A stretch of DNA of 64,000 bases, taken from the NCBI RefSeq assembly GCF_037042905.1, contig NC_087250.1:23376001-23440000 (forward strand), written 5' to 3'. The notes below the pieces were generated by a model. The model ran no database searches. It saw only the letters and a list, made by a program, of their open reading frames with translations, and was not told the origin of the DNA. Positions 40,251 to 53,730 of this stretch are shown piece after piece (position 1 is the stretch's first letter; each line of letters begins with the position of its first letter). This DNA is from Lytechinus pictus. Lineage: Eukaryota. The translations under genes were made by a program, and so were the position numbers.

Positions 40251-41341
40251 TTGACATTGATTTCTGGTAAATGAACCGTTTTTGTTGTTGCGGCATCTTG
40301 TTCTGACTCATTCAAATGCCGACCAAATTTCCAATATATAAGGGAGGGGAATGTGAACCTTTTTTTTTTAGATAGATAGATTTGATAGATTACCACCCAG
40401 TGATGATATCTCACAACAGGCAGGCTATAGGTAGGGTCTATCAATTTTATATGAGCTTAGAGAGAAATAAATAAGAACCTTTGTGATTTTTGGGGGTCCA
40501 TATTTCTCAGAAAACAATGCCACAAGGCACACTATGGTTTGGCGACACATTAGGCAAACTGATGGAAATAACACAATGAGTTGATGACAGATATGATGCT
40601 TCTGGGAAGGTCCAATGACATAACATGATGTAAAATGCAGGCATATGCCATTATTATTACCACCAGAAATCCAGTAAAATGGGCATATCTGGGCGCTACT
40701 ATGGTAATGATCTTATTTCTATATAAAGAGATTAATGTGCTCCCATTCTCTTCTACGATGAGCAATCGTTTGTTTAATACAAAGTGTGATATAATACAAG
40801 TAATGCACAGGATCAAAGGTAAATAGTGAAAACTATCCACCACAAAAGTGCAATAGGAACTTTCTAAAACATACAAGCTGTATATACTTCAGAATTAGTT
40901 TATTATAAATATGCAGACATCAATGTTGCTTTAATAAGTGTATCCCTGTCGAAAGACATTCTAATTTTTTTTTTTCAAAGTCACCATTAAAACAGTAGCC
41001 AAAACATTACTGCTGAAATACAATTATGATATGACCTCATTCATCACCGACTACCATCCAGCACCAAGACATTAGATACCCAGCTATCTCTCTCTCCCGA
41101 AGAAAATGAATTTATGGCCCTAAAATATATTCCGCATTCCCCAGTGACTGCACCGTACACAACATACAATAACGGGGCATGTATGGTGGCTTGGCCAATG
41201 AAAAGGGAAAAAAGGTAAGCTACAATGCACTGCTTGCCCAGGTATAACTCAATCAATTTCCTATTTACATGAGCTCTCCTCCTCTCTGTCTATAATTTGA
41301 TCAATGCAGCAAGACAATGAATGGGGTGGGTATGTTCTTAA

Positions 41342-41585
41342 AGGGAAAGTTCACCCTCACTCAAAGTTTATTGTAAAAATAACAGAAAAAATAATAAAAA
41401 ATATTGCCGAAGGTTTGGGAAAAATCCATCAAAGAATCAAAAAGTTATTAAAATTTCAATTGTTTGATTTGTGACGTCATATGCGAGCAGCATTCCTACA
41501 TAGCGAATGGTAAAAAATCAATGAAATGTCATTTTCTCGGAAGATTGAAAATGGTTTTTACTGTACCTTTTGTATATCAATAGGT
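41342..41585 (+). mobile_element. Left-end fragment of a Kolobok-like element
   Basis: TTAA|AGGGAAAGTTCACCC start and AAAGTTATT subterminal motif; no right end found. Confidence 0.5.
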
Positions 41586-43044
41586 GAAAAAATATGAAAC
41601 TAAGAAAAATACAGTATTATATTTTCCGCTTTGCATTTATGTGATACATGCATGAAAGCACCAGATTTTTTACTTAGATTTCTGTTGAAGTTCCGTGTAT
41701 TTATGAAATCAGCAAAATATGTAATAGTTAATTAGTTAATGTGGTATTTCACTCTGATAAAATGGTTTAAATAAAAGCAAAATAAAATAGTCTGATATTA
41801 GTAAATAATTTATGAAAATCTATTAAAAAATAAAAGAAATGCATTTAAAGCGCCTTTCACAATTGGTGGTGCGACTGCTTACAACCGTTGCGATTCTGTG
41901 CAACATATATTGCGGCCAAATGATCGCAAAACGATCGCACGAGCAATTGTGAAAGCCCCTGAGTTTTCAATTGTGAAATCATCAAACAGCAGCAAAATAG
42001 TGATCAATGAGTTTGTTAGAATTGCTCTTACCATAGGTCCATGCTCTTACCCCCCCCCCTTCCCTCCCTCCCTCAATACCCATCCCACCCCTCCCTACCT
42101 ATCCTCTCCTCACATTCATCCCTTATTACCTTCCCTCCCATATGTTCAGCTTTGTACATTTATTATTCCTCCCCTTTCAAACTTTGCCTGCTACTGACCC
42201 ATTTTCGGTCCATAAACGGCTTGCTTTTTCCCCTTCAATCCTCTCCCACATGAAGGCAAGTCAACATAATTGAGCAATAGCATTAACTATACGATGCTGC
42301 GAGGGCCCATTCCACATTTAGCAATACACATCTACCATTGAGATAGTAAAAACTATCTCCCAGTCTCTACCTACATTTAATACAGTAGAGAACTTTTGTA
42401 GCAGTCAATATGATATATTATGACGTAAAATGACTTTGGGTATTGACATTATTTTACAATGCTCCATAGGCATACAAGGGGACTGTGAGATATCAATCTT
42501 TCCAAGGGACTTGGTGATGGGGATGACAGCAATGTCAAACCATTGGGAATGCAAGACACAATTTTGTGAATGTGCTGTATATGGTAAGCTAATTTCCCAC
42601 GATACACCGAGTTATTTATATTTGATCATATGGCTTGCCATACATAAGACACTTTACCAACGGACTGCATCATCGCCACCACCTGGCATACTGTCACAAA
42701 ATGAAACAGCGTAACACATAAAATATAACACCATTATAAGGGAGACTTTCAAACCAAGTAAGAAGATATAATACGCAAGTAGAGATACAACGGCTTGAAT
42801 GAGATTTAATCCAGCATATGAAGTCAATGTGAAAGGGGTCATTGCTAGCATACTTCATTCAATTGAACCCAAATCCCATGATGTCTTCCTGAATGTTGCG
42901 CGGAACGGAGCGGGGCGGTCCTTCCTCTAATACGCCATCGTGGCCTGCTAACCTAGTTCCCTCGGTTTGACGACATTTGACGATGCAACGACGGAGAAAA
43001 ATCAGCTGCTTCCGTGTAATATGTCTGCGGTTCTATCTCATAGG

Positions 43045-43640
43045 GAATAGTGTGTGAGAGAGATGGAGAGAAGAAGGAAGGAGTGACAGAGCGAGAGGAA
43101 GAGAAGAGGGAGAAGTTTTGAGAAACAGAAAGAGAGTTGAAGGGGTACTTAAAAAGTGAGACAGAGAGAGAGATGAAAAGAATGAAACAGATGGATCAAG
43201 TGTCAAAGATAAATAGAAAATGGAAAGAGCTAGAGAAAAGAGAAGAGAAAAGAGAAGAGAAAAGAGTAAGTGAGGGCGAGGAAAGAGGGCGAATGGAGAA
43301 AGGAGAGAAGAAAACAGATAGATCAAGAGTTGTTAAAGAGGAAATGGAAAGGGCTAGAGTGAAGAGATGAGAGACTGAGAGAGAACAGAGAAAGTGGCAA
43401 GAGAAACAAATGGATCAAGTACTGCACGTAAAGAGAAAATGGAAAGAGCTTGAAAGGAAGTGATGAGAGAGAGTAAAGGTGAGAAAAGAAAGCGAACAGA
43501 GAAAAAAAAAGAACAAATGGACAAAGAGTAGTATATAAAGAGGCAACAAAATGCAGAAAGGAAATAAGATATGAAAGAGATAGAGAGAGAAAGAAACAAA
43601 AAAAAGAGCGTAAAAGATGAAAAGATAAGGAAGTTAAGGG
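43045..43640. repeat. GA-rich low-complexity tract
   Basis: About 600 bp almost entirely purine on the + strand, with internal duplications. Confidence 0.9.
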
Positions 43641-44159
43641 CAGACAGAGGGCAGGTGATGCTAAAATGGCCGTCTAAATAATCACAGCGATGCATCCTGG
43701 GTGTTTTTAACCAACTCCAATCAAGCTCAAATAATTTGATGTTCCCGTTCTTTCCGCCTGATCTACGAATGGAATATGAGACGATACTGCAGTCCCATGC
43801 CTTTACTTTTGCGTTGGACAAACAAATGTTATAACAGGCAGCCTTCTGATACAACATGTTAGAATGCAAAAATGACTGAATCAAAGACAGTGTTATGTCA
43901 CATTGAAGACAAATTTTTAAAAACATCCTTTTCGTTATAATAATATTTATAACCAACTCTAGAATGTAAGTATACATTTCCTGTAAGGCTGTCACTCAAG
44001 CGTTCTAACACTGAAAAATTGACATGTGACATTTCATAAATCGAATAGTAGTACCAAATACAGACACAGATAAACTTGTATTCTTTTTGTCAAACGATTG
44101 TCAAGACACAGCTCTAGCAAATCAATTATTTCATATTATATATCAAGTTTTTAACAGTC

Positions 44160-45060
44160 ATTTTCCCTACCTGGCATTCCTGTTCACCTTCACCATATAG
44201 TTTCGCTATCCTACACGGAACCCCTCCCCTCCTTATAACATCTCCTTTTCACCCTTTATTTCTCTATCCTACCCGGTACATCTCCCATCATTACATCCCA
44301 TCTTCTTCCTCTATTTTTATTATCCTATCCAGTACACCTCCCATAGAGAGGCCGCTCTCATTACGCTTTCTAAAACTAGTTCACTGGAAACCGATTCAGG
44401 AAACCACTTTGGAAGATCGCTTTGCTAGCGTTCCCACTTGATCACACAAAAGTGGTTTTCAAAATCACGTAAGGCACTCTTGTTGCTGTGGAAACGCTCT
44501 CAGTGGGGCGACACGTTTCGCGCGAAATTTGAAACCGCAGCATAGGCATTCTACACCTGTCGTGTGGAGTAGCGCGCTCAAAATGTGCGAAGATTGCTTC
44601 CCGAAGAACGGTTGTGTCCTCACTTACGCTAAAACCAGTTTAACGAGGCAAAGCGATCTTGAAAACTACATCGCGAGGTGGTTTTCCAAACTGATTTGGA
44701 AGATCGCTTCCAAGACTGCTTCGACCACTACGCGTTAAACTAGTTTCCACTTAACTAGTTTCCAGTAAACTAGTTTTAGGAACGTAGTGAGAACAGCCTC
44801 TATAACATCTCTCCTTTATTATCGGTTTTCATTATCCTACCTGGTACACCTCTTACAGCTCTCCTCTATTTTCACTATCCTACCCGGTACAGGCTCACAT
44901 CATTACATTCTTCATTATCTATTTTCACTATCCTACCCGGTACAGGCTCACATCATTACGTTCTTCATTATCTATTTTCACTATCCTACCCCGTACACCT
45001 CTATCATTTACACCCAATCTTCTTTCTCAATTTTCACTTCTCTACCCGGCACTCCTCCTC
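44160..45060. repeat. Degenerate ~50-bp minisatellite (TTTTCACTATCCTACCCGGTACA core)
   Basis: Repeated CTATCCTACCCGGTAC-like units on both sides of the 44347 insertion. Confidence 0.8.
44347..44801. mobile_element. TIR element (PIF/Harbinger-like) inserted in the minisatellite
   Basis: TIRs AGAGGCCGCTCTCATTACG / CGTAGTGAGAACAGCCTCT; AAACTAGTT subterminal repeats. Confidence 0.85.
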
Positions 45061-45717
45061 ACCTTCACCCTATATTATCATTTTCCTTCCCAGAATCCCT
45101 TCCCCTGTATATAACACCTCCCCATCAACCCATACATGATATAATATCCCAGAAGGTGTTCCATCTCTAACTAAACAACCTCTCGGGGCCAGAGGTGCGC
45201 TATTTCTCCAAACATGAACATCTCTCTAACAACTGTCACTCGTCCCGGGCTACCCAAGATTTTTCTTGGGGGTATTTGAAGACGTCGCACCTTGATAATT
45301 GATTTCTCTTTTATTTTGTTCATCATTTTGATCTCGCGAGTCTTACAGCACTGCCAGCATAGTAATCAAACAAATTGATTCCATGGATGCGACGAAAAGA
45401 AAGTCAGAATCCTACAACATTTAGTGTCAGTATGATGTCTTTAGAGAGATCAGTTTAAAAAAGTATAAGTCTTCACCCTGATATCTGAGCTCTGATATCA
45501 TTGTCATGTTATAGAGTATTGATTGTAATGCATTCATTAATATTTTTATGCTGTAGATTTATAATTTTCATGGCTGATGTAACTAGGTATAAATGTTAAT
45601 ACTGCTATTCTGAGCAATCATTGTGGCATTGAGTGGTATCACCATTAATGGTGGTGGTGGTCATAACTATCACAATTACCAGTCCATAATCATCCTTAAT
45701 CAACATCGTTGTTTAAC

Positions 45718-45955
45718 TTCTTCTTCTTCTTCATCACCATCATCATCACCACCATCCTCATCACTACCACCCCCATCATCATCATCATCACCACCATCCT
45801 CATCATTACCACCACCATCATCATCATCATCATCACCATCATTGTTTTTGTCAACATCATCGCCATCATCTTCACCACCACTGCCAATATCACCACCAAC
45901 ATCATCATCATAATCAACATCATCATCATCACCATCACCACCACCAACAACAACA
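45718..45955. repeat. (CAT/CAC)n microsatellite
   Basis: Degenerate trinucleotide repeats. Confidence 0.95.
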
Positions 45956-46403
45956 ATATTATCTTGCTCTTTCACGTTCATCAACAAGAATAGGTAGATA
46001 ACAAACATCATACAAATCCCCCCAAAAAACATTTTCATTTTATATCATTTCAACAAAACCCAGTGAAATTGTGTATCTCATGATTTCCACCCAAAAAGCT
46101 CTATCTACACTTATAACACCACCTACAAAAGAAAAACATCTGACTCCAACAATCCCATAATGCCCCAGCTCTCCCCTAGGCCCAATCCACTGAAGAAGTC
46201 CGATCCCCGAAACCGCCTCGAACAAATTAGCGGGTAACGTTTAGCACGGCTCATCTTACAGAAGGCCAAGACTTGAAGGAGTCCGCAGGGGATAGGTCCT
46301 AAGATGGGACACAGTTAGAAACGTTTAACTGACAAAGATGCTGCGCTGTTATATGCACTATGCTGACAAGAAACAGGACATGTGTAATCTGTAATATGGG
46401 GTG

Positions 46404-46920
46404 TAATATACAAATAGCGAATAGGCATGAGTGCGATGGTGCGAGATTTCGCATGAGGTGAAAGCAAGATGCTCTATTCAACGAGGCGTTAGCCGAGTTG
46501 AATAGAGTGTTTCTTTCTTTCACCGAATGCGAAATCTCGCACCATTGCACGAATAAGAATATTCGCTATTTGTGTTGTACAACGCCTCGGAGTTTAGCGA
46601 ATTTATGAAAAAACCAAGAGTTTTTCCTGCAGTAATCTATGGAAAGGGAGCAAAAATATGGAAAGCGAAAAGCAAAATCCCACAAGCGAACACCTCGGGC
46701 AGCATTGCGCATTTAGCCAGCAGGCTATACGCGTATTGCACCTGCATTTTTACTGAGCGCAATGAATTGAATCGTATTGTGACGTCACCTCCTAAAGCCG
46801 TGCAACGGTACATTTTGGACGGTACATTTTGGATGGTACGTCTTTTGTGCAACGGTACGAATGTTTGACATTCAGCCTCCCATTTGCTCGCGTACAACAA
46901 GCTAAGTAGGCGTTGTACAA
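46404..46920. mobile_element. Probable non-autonomous DNA-transposon-derived repeat
   Basis: CpG-rich block with internal inverted repeats (AATAGCGAATA / TATTCGCTATT, GTGCGAGATTTCGCA / TGCGAAATCTCGCAC, GTACAACGCCT / AGGCGTTGTAC). Confidence 0.55.
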
Positions 46921-47129
46921 TATGCAATGTACGTTGAAATCTACAATGTGGGGTGTAATCTACCATCCATGGTATTATGACATCACAATGACATATCACC
47001 TGGAAGCCCTCATACAGAATATGAAGCATCTGACTCCAGTCATACAATAATAACAAAGCGCTACATGGAACGATGTCTCTAAGAGCTTTACAGACATATT
47101 AATTATTAATTTACTACCCCGGTCATCAG

Positions 47130-47375
47130 ATCCTTGCATGCCCACATACAATGTATGCACTTTCTCCACCTCCTGGGGAGCATTCCAATCAGAGTTCAAA
47201 AACTCAATTGCTAGGCATGCTACATAGGATTTCGCATCCTACCGGGTACTCATTTAACACCTGGGTGGAGAGTGACAAAGTGTGGACTGATGCCTTGCCA
47301 AAGGACGCTCGGCCAAAGTGGGATTAGAACACATGACCCTTTGATTACAAGGTAGAAGCGGTACACCAAAACGCT
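47130..47375 (-). mobile_element. tRNA-derived SINE, family 2
   Basis: GGGTACTCATTTAACACCTGGGTGGAGAGTG is the reverse complement of the family core. Confidence 0.75.
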
Positions 47376-48315
47376 AATAACAATAATAATATACAACATA
47401 TAGCACTTAATACAAATGCTTCTAAACGCTGCATACTATTAATGAAGATGACACTTCATAACCTGCATAACATTATTTAAAACTTCAATTTAAATTTACT
47501 GTACAATAAATGTTGATTATTAGTTTTGCATAAAAAGCCTCTATGGGAATCACAGAATTCGGTAGTTAACAGGTTAAGCTATCAAACCTCTGAAAATCAC
47601 CAGAAATAAGTAAGTACCCTTCAAATTAATGATTATTGCTTAACACCCAGAAATGGGGCAAATGTAACGTAATATCATTCCATATCATACTCATAGCAAC
47701 TCGTCATAACAACCACGCATGAATGCGTACAGACAGACTCTAATACCCACACATATTCATACAATTCACAGAGTCGCATCTTTCTGGTCTCCATTACAAG
47801 CAAGTAACCTACATGATCTTAAATTGGCGCTGAAATCGGATTAAGCGCCGGTTAAGGCGAGACAGACGACACGCTCCCCACACCTGTCAGACATACAACC
47901 GAGAGCTTATATTAACCTACATTCGTTTGGAAAAGAGAAGATTGAGAAATTGTCCGTTATTTCACCTTTATTGGAGAGAGATTATGTACTATTAACCCTA
48001 ATACACTTGCATGGCTTTATTTAGGATTATACTCTTTTAATTTGTTATTTATCACTTTCTCAATTACATTTAACAACTTTTTCAGGTTATTCAGGACCTT
48101 TTTTATTTTAATTTTGCAGAACAATATAATTAGTCATTGTTTGGTATCTGGAATCAGTGCTTTTTATTGGGTTTTTACTAATTTTTGTAGGCCTTTAAAT
48201 GCTTCATAATGTGTATGTGGGACAACAGAACTGTTTTTTTATGATTATAATTATATCCAATCTGGTGAGGGGGAATTTGTAAAGCACATTCGCTTGGAAC
48301 AGAGGACGTAAAAAT

Positions 48316-48848
48316 GGTTCCATGACATTTGTTCCGGTGACAATTGCTCCACTGTAAATTCCATACCCTAACAGAATGACCAGCTATTCTTTACGATCTT
48401 CCACATCTACCACTCTTGTGATCCCGCGTAGCAGGACCAAGCATTATGGAGATCGGGCTTTTAGCTATGTGGCGCCAGTTATGTGGAATAGACTGCCAAG
48501 TACTATCAGGAAGATGAACACTCTTAAGACATTCCAATCGAGTGTCAAATATTACCTATTTTTACAACCATATTAGAGAAGGCCATGTCTTTTCCTCACA
48601 TGAATGTTATGTTTGATGATTTGAATTGTGATTATTTCCAATGCTTTTGTTTATTGAATATGTAGCGCCTTAAGTAATGACCCATTAGAAAGTGCGCATT
48701 AGAAATACTTATTATTAGCTTTTACACAGGATTTAACACTATTACCTATCCTAAACCTAACCCTAAACTTAACATAAACTCCCATTGCAATCCTAATCCT
48801 AACCCTATATCTTAGACGAAATAAAGCCTGGAGCAATTGTCGCCAGAA
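48316..48848. mobile_element. GTGACATTTGCTC-family MITE split by a LINE fragment
   Basis: Left half 48316-48384 and right half about 48717-48848 match the 9072-9228 copy. Confidence 0.7.
48385..48716 (+). mobile_element. 5'-truncated LINE (L2/CR1-group) 3' end
   Basis: Peptide YSLRS...YGDRAFSYVAPVMWNRLP..IR..TFQSSVKYYLF matches the typical ORF2 C-terminal motif GxRAFSxxAPxLWNxLP; followed by a 3' UTR and TATTATT tail. Confidence 0.85.
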
Positions 48849-48981
48849 CATCTAATTCTCACAATTGACTGACCAATTGAACTAGAGATTAATCATACCT
48901 CATTATCAAAAGCATTATTAATTTCCTTTATGAATGCACAACTGATAATGGATGCCTTTTGATTCCCTGAGGAGAATATAT

Positions 48982-49456
48982 AGGTGGTTTCAAACCGCCT
49001 CGATCACAAGAATCCCCGGTAAATTACGAGAACATTTTTAGGCTAAAATATACCTATTAATTATTCCTGCATTCAGACCGCCCCCAAACATACACTTCGG
49101 GATAAATTCCTGAAGTTAGGAGCATGCGCAGTATGGTCTAATAAGCAGGCAAGGCGCGAGATTCAAAACTACTAGCCCAGCAGCCACCCACGGCGCCGCA
49201 CCCAACGACACGCTGGGCTAAAAGTTCCTGTAATTTGCTTTCACATCGCCAAAATACCTGCGACCTTGTCAAAATCCCCGCGAAAGTTCTCGTAATTTCG
49301 CCAAGTACCTACTATTTAGCGGGTATTTTCTTTCGGGGAAATTACGCGTAGTTTGCTTTCACATTACCAAAATACCTGGTATTTTCTGATCGGGGTAAAT
49401 TTCCCGATCAGAGAATACCTGGAACTGACGAACTTCGAAGCGGTCTGAAACCACCT
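48982..49456 (-). mobile_element. ~476-bp PIF/Harbinger-like MITE, copy 2 of 3
   Basis: Reverse complement of 21667-22142; flanked by a 34-35-bp direct duplication. Confidence 0.92.
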
Positions 49457-50259
49457 AATGGATGCCTTTGATTCCCTGAGGAGAAGATATGAGAATCATT
49501 ACCAAGCTACATTAGGCATTCAAGAGATGAGCCCTGGTGCATCTCAACTCTCAAGTGTGATAGTATGGTGCAAAGAGGTTTAAAGGGGAGCAGCGAAATC
49601 ATTTGATTCAATTCAAATCACCTATAAGCTTAATGCTCTATGAGATATTTGCAGTAGATCTGATCTCAAGTATATTTGTATATCAAAAGGCTTATTTATA
49701 GTGCTCGCATTGGTTTGATGCTATTCCATTTCTATATTACCAAGTCATATATTTATCAATTTCTACTTTTTATACTATAAAATTATTATTATGACCAAGT
49801 TGTTCATTTCTCTTTACTATGTTAATTTCAATTATGTGACAATACAACACATATTGATTATAATTACTGGTTAGGGTACACAAAATCATTTACTACTGGT
49901 ATGAATTATGAATTGAAAGTAGACTAAAACAAACTTGATACTTGAAGAATTTACATGCCAACATTTTATATTCTGAAAATTGCCCTCACAGGATGAAGCA
50001 TTAGCGCCAATGAAGAGAGTTCACACTTCACATTTGCATTGTATTGCTACACAATCAAAACATAGTATACTAGTAAATGTGAACGAGCTCAGTCACATAT
50101 CAATGAGTGATATACAACATCACATAATGTGGCAATTAAGAATATGAATCATTACAAATGATGAATAAACTATGAGTGCCCCTCTAAAGCTCATCAACGC
50201 ATCCATTCCCTATCTTTACACCAATGCCTTGCAATCTCAACACCAATGCCTCGTTTAGT

Positions 50260-50480
50260 GTGATGAGCGGAGCTATTGCTCATAGCACGTATTGCTGCCT
50301 GATTAATTTTAATTGCGAGTAAACCCTCGCGGACCACGTTAGCTGTTTGGCGCACGAACGAGACAAGTGATGCGACGGCTTGATGATAGAGCTCCCCCCT
50401 ACGCAATCAGAATACGGTGGATGAACCGATGGGGGTAATCGCCTAATCGCCCGTTCTGATTTTGCAGGTGGGGGTGGTTA
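50260..50480. promoter_or_regulatory. CpG-rich unique island, candidate cis-regulatory module
   Basis: CpG-dense, non-repetitive within the window; TAAT/ATTA and TAATCG motifs. Confidence 0.3.
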
Positions 50481-51295
50481 ATTCTTCGGGGAGGACAGTG
50501 GATTTGGATGCAGGAGTAATGAATGAATTACTGCTGCCACTTAAATTTTAGGCTTTGCATTTGATGAGTGAGATTTTATTCCAGATGAGGTCCCCCATTT
50601 TGGTTCTGCTGAAATACTTCTAGTCCCAACATCACAATTCCTGATTGGTTTGAAGACGAGACATTTTCCTCATTTGTAATGTACCTTTTCTTGTACTTCT
50701 ATAAGTTCTCTTTACCTTTACGTTTTGCTCTCTACTAAGCGCCTTGAGCATTTAATCGAAATGGAAAAAATGCTATATAATCCTATGTATTATTATTCAA
50801 TTGTGATATATTCAGGGCTTAATTTTTTATCAATTACATATGATAATATAGATTCTAATGATTCATTTTAATAACAATTTTTGATAATGAATTATAATTC
50901 TCAAAATAAATTTGAATCATTCAAATCTATAACAAAATTTAATAAAGATTTCAAAATAATAAATTCTAATTCATCATAATGATATATTATAATAACAAAT
51001 TCTTATGATGAATTCTATTAAAATAGAAACAGCGGAAATACATTCTAGTTATAAATAAATTCTATAAATTAATTCACAAGCCAGTATGTTACATCTCCCA
51101 ATTAATGAGCATTATGGATTAATCTATTGCTTATCTTGACCCCCTTTTCAAGGGAAATATTGGTTGTAGGGAAGCGTAATGAAATATCTGTGTCAAATCA
51201 ATACTTTCTCACATCTAATATTCATTCATGAAATATTTAATAGTATACTCAAACAAGGAGGAAAATTTTGTTGACTACCCTCCACGTTTAATTGG

Positions 51296-51530
51296 TATTA
51301 TAAAATAGGTGTATTATTTCAAGCATCGCGATTGGCCAATAAGCGTCACATGACATCTAACTTTTTTGTGCATTGCATGGCAGTGCAAAAGGTGCGCAAC
51401 AAAAACTGACATTGCACGCTCAAGCAGACCAGGGCGGTAGAAGTCCCGGGAGAAGTCCAACAAAACTGTACTGTAACTTTTTAAGAATTTGCTTCTGGGT
51501 TGCTATTTTATAAAACAAATAATGCACTTG
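51296..51530. mobile_element. Probable degraded interspersed repeat
   Basis: Inverted ends TATAAAATAG / CTATTTTATA; internal GATTGGCCAAT palindrome. Confidence 0.35.
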
Positions 51531-52514
51531 CTCTGTCGTGCGTAAAAGTAAATGCAGAGAAAGCTCGGTTTCTTCAGATGGTGCACACTGGGCACTCGGC
51601 GCCAGCGGCTCGTGCACAGTGCGGCACCTATCTCATGAAACCTCACGATCTCTTGAACATATCCAAATTCATATGTCAAAGACTCTCTAAATGTCACAAC
51701 ACCTACATGTATGTGTGTGATCTCAAATTAGCGCCATGATCATATCGACTTATCGAACCACCTTCGGTCAATACCGTCACATCGTAAGCATCAAGTATTT
51801 GATTTTTTTTCAGTCTAGAATGGCTGACATAGAGTAGATACTGTCCACAAGAAGCAGAGCTGACTTAAGCCATGATAACACCTCTCTAATCAGAAAAAAA
51901 GAGTAAATGTCTTCTGGCCTCGAAATAATTGACAATTTATTGGTTCATTCACACATGTCTGACCCAGATAAATTTCTCCACTTTAAAAAAAAATTGCCTG
52001 AAGTTCCTGACTATGCAACAAGATTTTTGCTCTTTTCAGATTTTATACAAGGATTACGCATTTTTTTTTGTTTCACTGCGTGCCATGTGCATTCTTGCAT
52101 TTTTGCTTTCCCACTGAAAATGTCCCAAGACAAGGACAAATTCCTGCAATATTTCGAAAAATTACTTAAGTTGATTACATTATCTTATAGGGATAGTATC
52201 TTTCACACCATCCAAATACTTGGAATACACTGTTCAGGGAAGAATACCTTATCAGATACTTTTCCTAATTGGGATCAGTGTGAGAGCAGCTGTAGATGCT
52301 GTAATCTTGATAGTGAAGATGATTTAAACTCTCTCCAGTACAAACAGTAGATGTTACTCTAGATGGCGTCTCGCGAGGACGAGCACGAAGATTAAACAGA
52401 GAATGCGATCAGGAGACAAGGTATAGGATCAATAAATTATTGCAGGTCACCGTTAGAAGGAAATGAGCATCTCATATATTGCTAAAAGGTTGGGGAGTGT
52501 CAGAGGAGTGGTCC

Positions 52515-53225
52515 ATTGCCACTTGGTCTAATGGTGCTTGTCCAGTACCACATGGTTTAAAAGGGGGATTTTGTCTATTAGTACCTGGTCTAAAATATCA
52601 CTTGGTCTAAGAGCCACTTGGTCAAGTAGCACTACAGTACTTGGACCTGGTCTGATATACACTAGTCTATAGCACTTAATCCTGTATCACTTGGTCTTGT
52701 AGCCACTTGGCTTATTCGCACTTGGTCAAATAGCACTACAGTACTTGGACCTGGTCTGATATACACTAGTCTATATCACTTAATCCTGTATCACTTGGTC
52801 TAATAACACAGTCTGATATGATTTGGTCTAATGGCACATGGATTAATTAGATAATCACACATGATGTAATAGGTTATAGCATTGTCTTGAAGCACTTGTT
52901 CTCACTTGATCTAAACATGGACCTACTGCAGGTCCATGGTCTAAACTCTAATTGCAGCTGGTCTTATACCAGTTGGTCCTATAGGACTTGGTCACATGGT
53001 ACTTAGTCTATATCACTTGGTACTACTTGGTCTAATACTAATAGGGATAATACTAATTGGTCTAATACTACATGTACTTGATCTAATGCTAATTAGTCTC
53101 ATACTACTTGGTCTAATACTAATTGGTCTCATACTACTTGGTCTAATACTAATTGATCTAATACTACTTCATCTAATACTACTTGGTCTATAAATACTAC
53201 TTGTTATAATACTTCTTGGTTTTAA
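52515..53225. repeat. Degenerate ~15-bp minisatellite (CTTGGTCTAATACTA)
   Basis: Dozens of TTGGTCTA units; an ~83-bp direct repeat at 52615 and 52719. Confidence 0.9.
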
Positions 53226-53600
53226 ATAATCTTGGGTATACATGAATGAAGGTACAGACTTTATCAACAAGATACAGATAAATTAATTCATTCAGAATTT
53301 CCAGAAATTGCATTAGGAGTAGGCCAAATTTTTTTTTGAATTCAAGACAGAGATTCCCCTCCCTCTTCTTAGTAAGTCAGCAAAGATTTTTTAAAAGCAT
53401 CCTCAAGACAAATTCGCATTTATCATTCGTCTCAATCTAATAACAGAGCCAGAGGCAACACCTTGGTAGTGCCACAGAGTATTTTCCTCCAATCATTTGT
53501 TCACGGAAATAGACCGGTTCTTATTTGCTTGCTAATTTGATTTGATTGTGGATAAAAGAAGTGAAAGCTTCTTGGTGAGGACCGAGCGTTCTTCATCAAC

Positions 53601-53730
53601 TCGGAGCATTTCATGAAACTAATGATTGGTGATTGTCACTGGTAGCTGTTATAAGCTACTGAAATCCTTGCATCTGATTGGCTGAGAGCAGTGACTTTCA
53701 TTGACAAGATGATTTGTGAAACACTCCCCC
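53601..53730 (-). mobile_element. CCAAT-carrying short MITE
   Basis: Reverse-complement homolog of 1619-1760. Confidence 0.75.

Noticed and set aside
43033..43995. 213-aa and neighbouring ORFs
   Set aside because: Arise from a stop-poor GA/CT low-complexity tract; no recognisable domain.
51907..52350. 147-aa ORF
   Set aside because: No recognisable motif or splice support; consistent with a chance ORF.
52515..53225. CRISPR-like or collagen-like periodicity
   Set aside because: Degenerate 15-bp minisatellite without unique spacers, in eukaryotic context with no cas genes.
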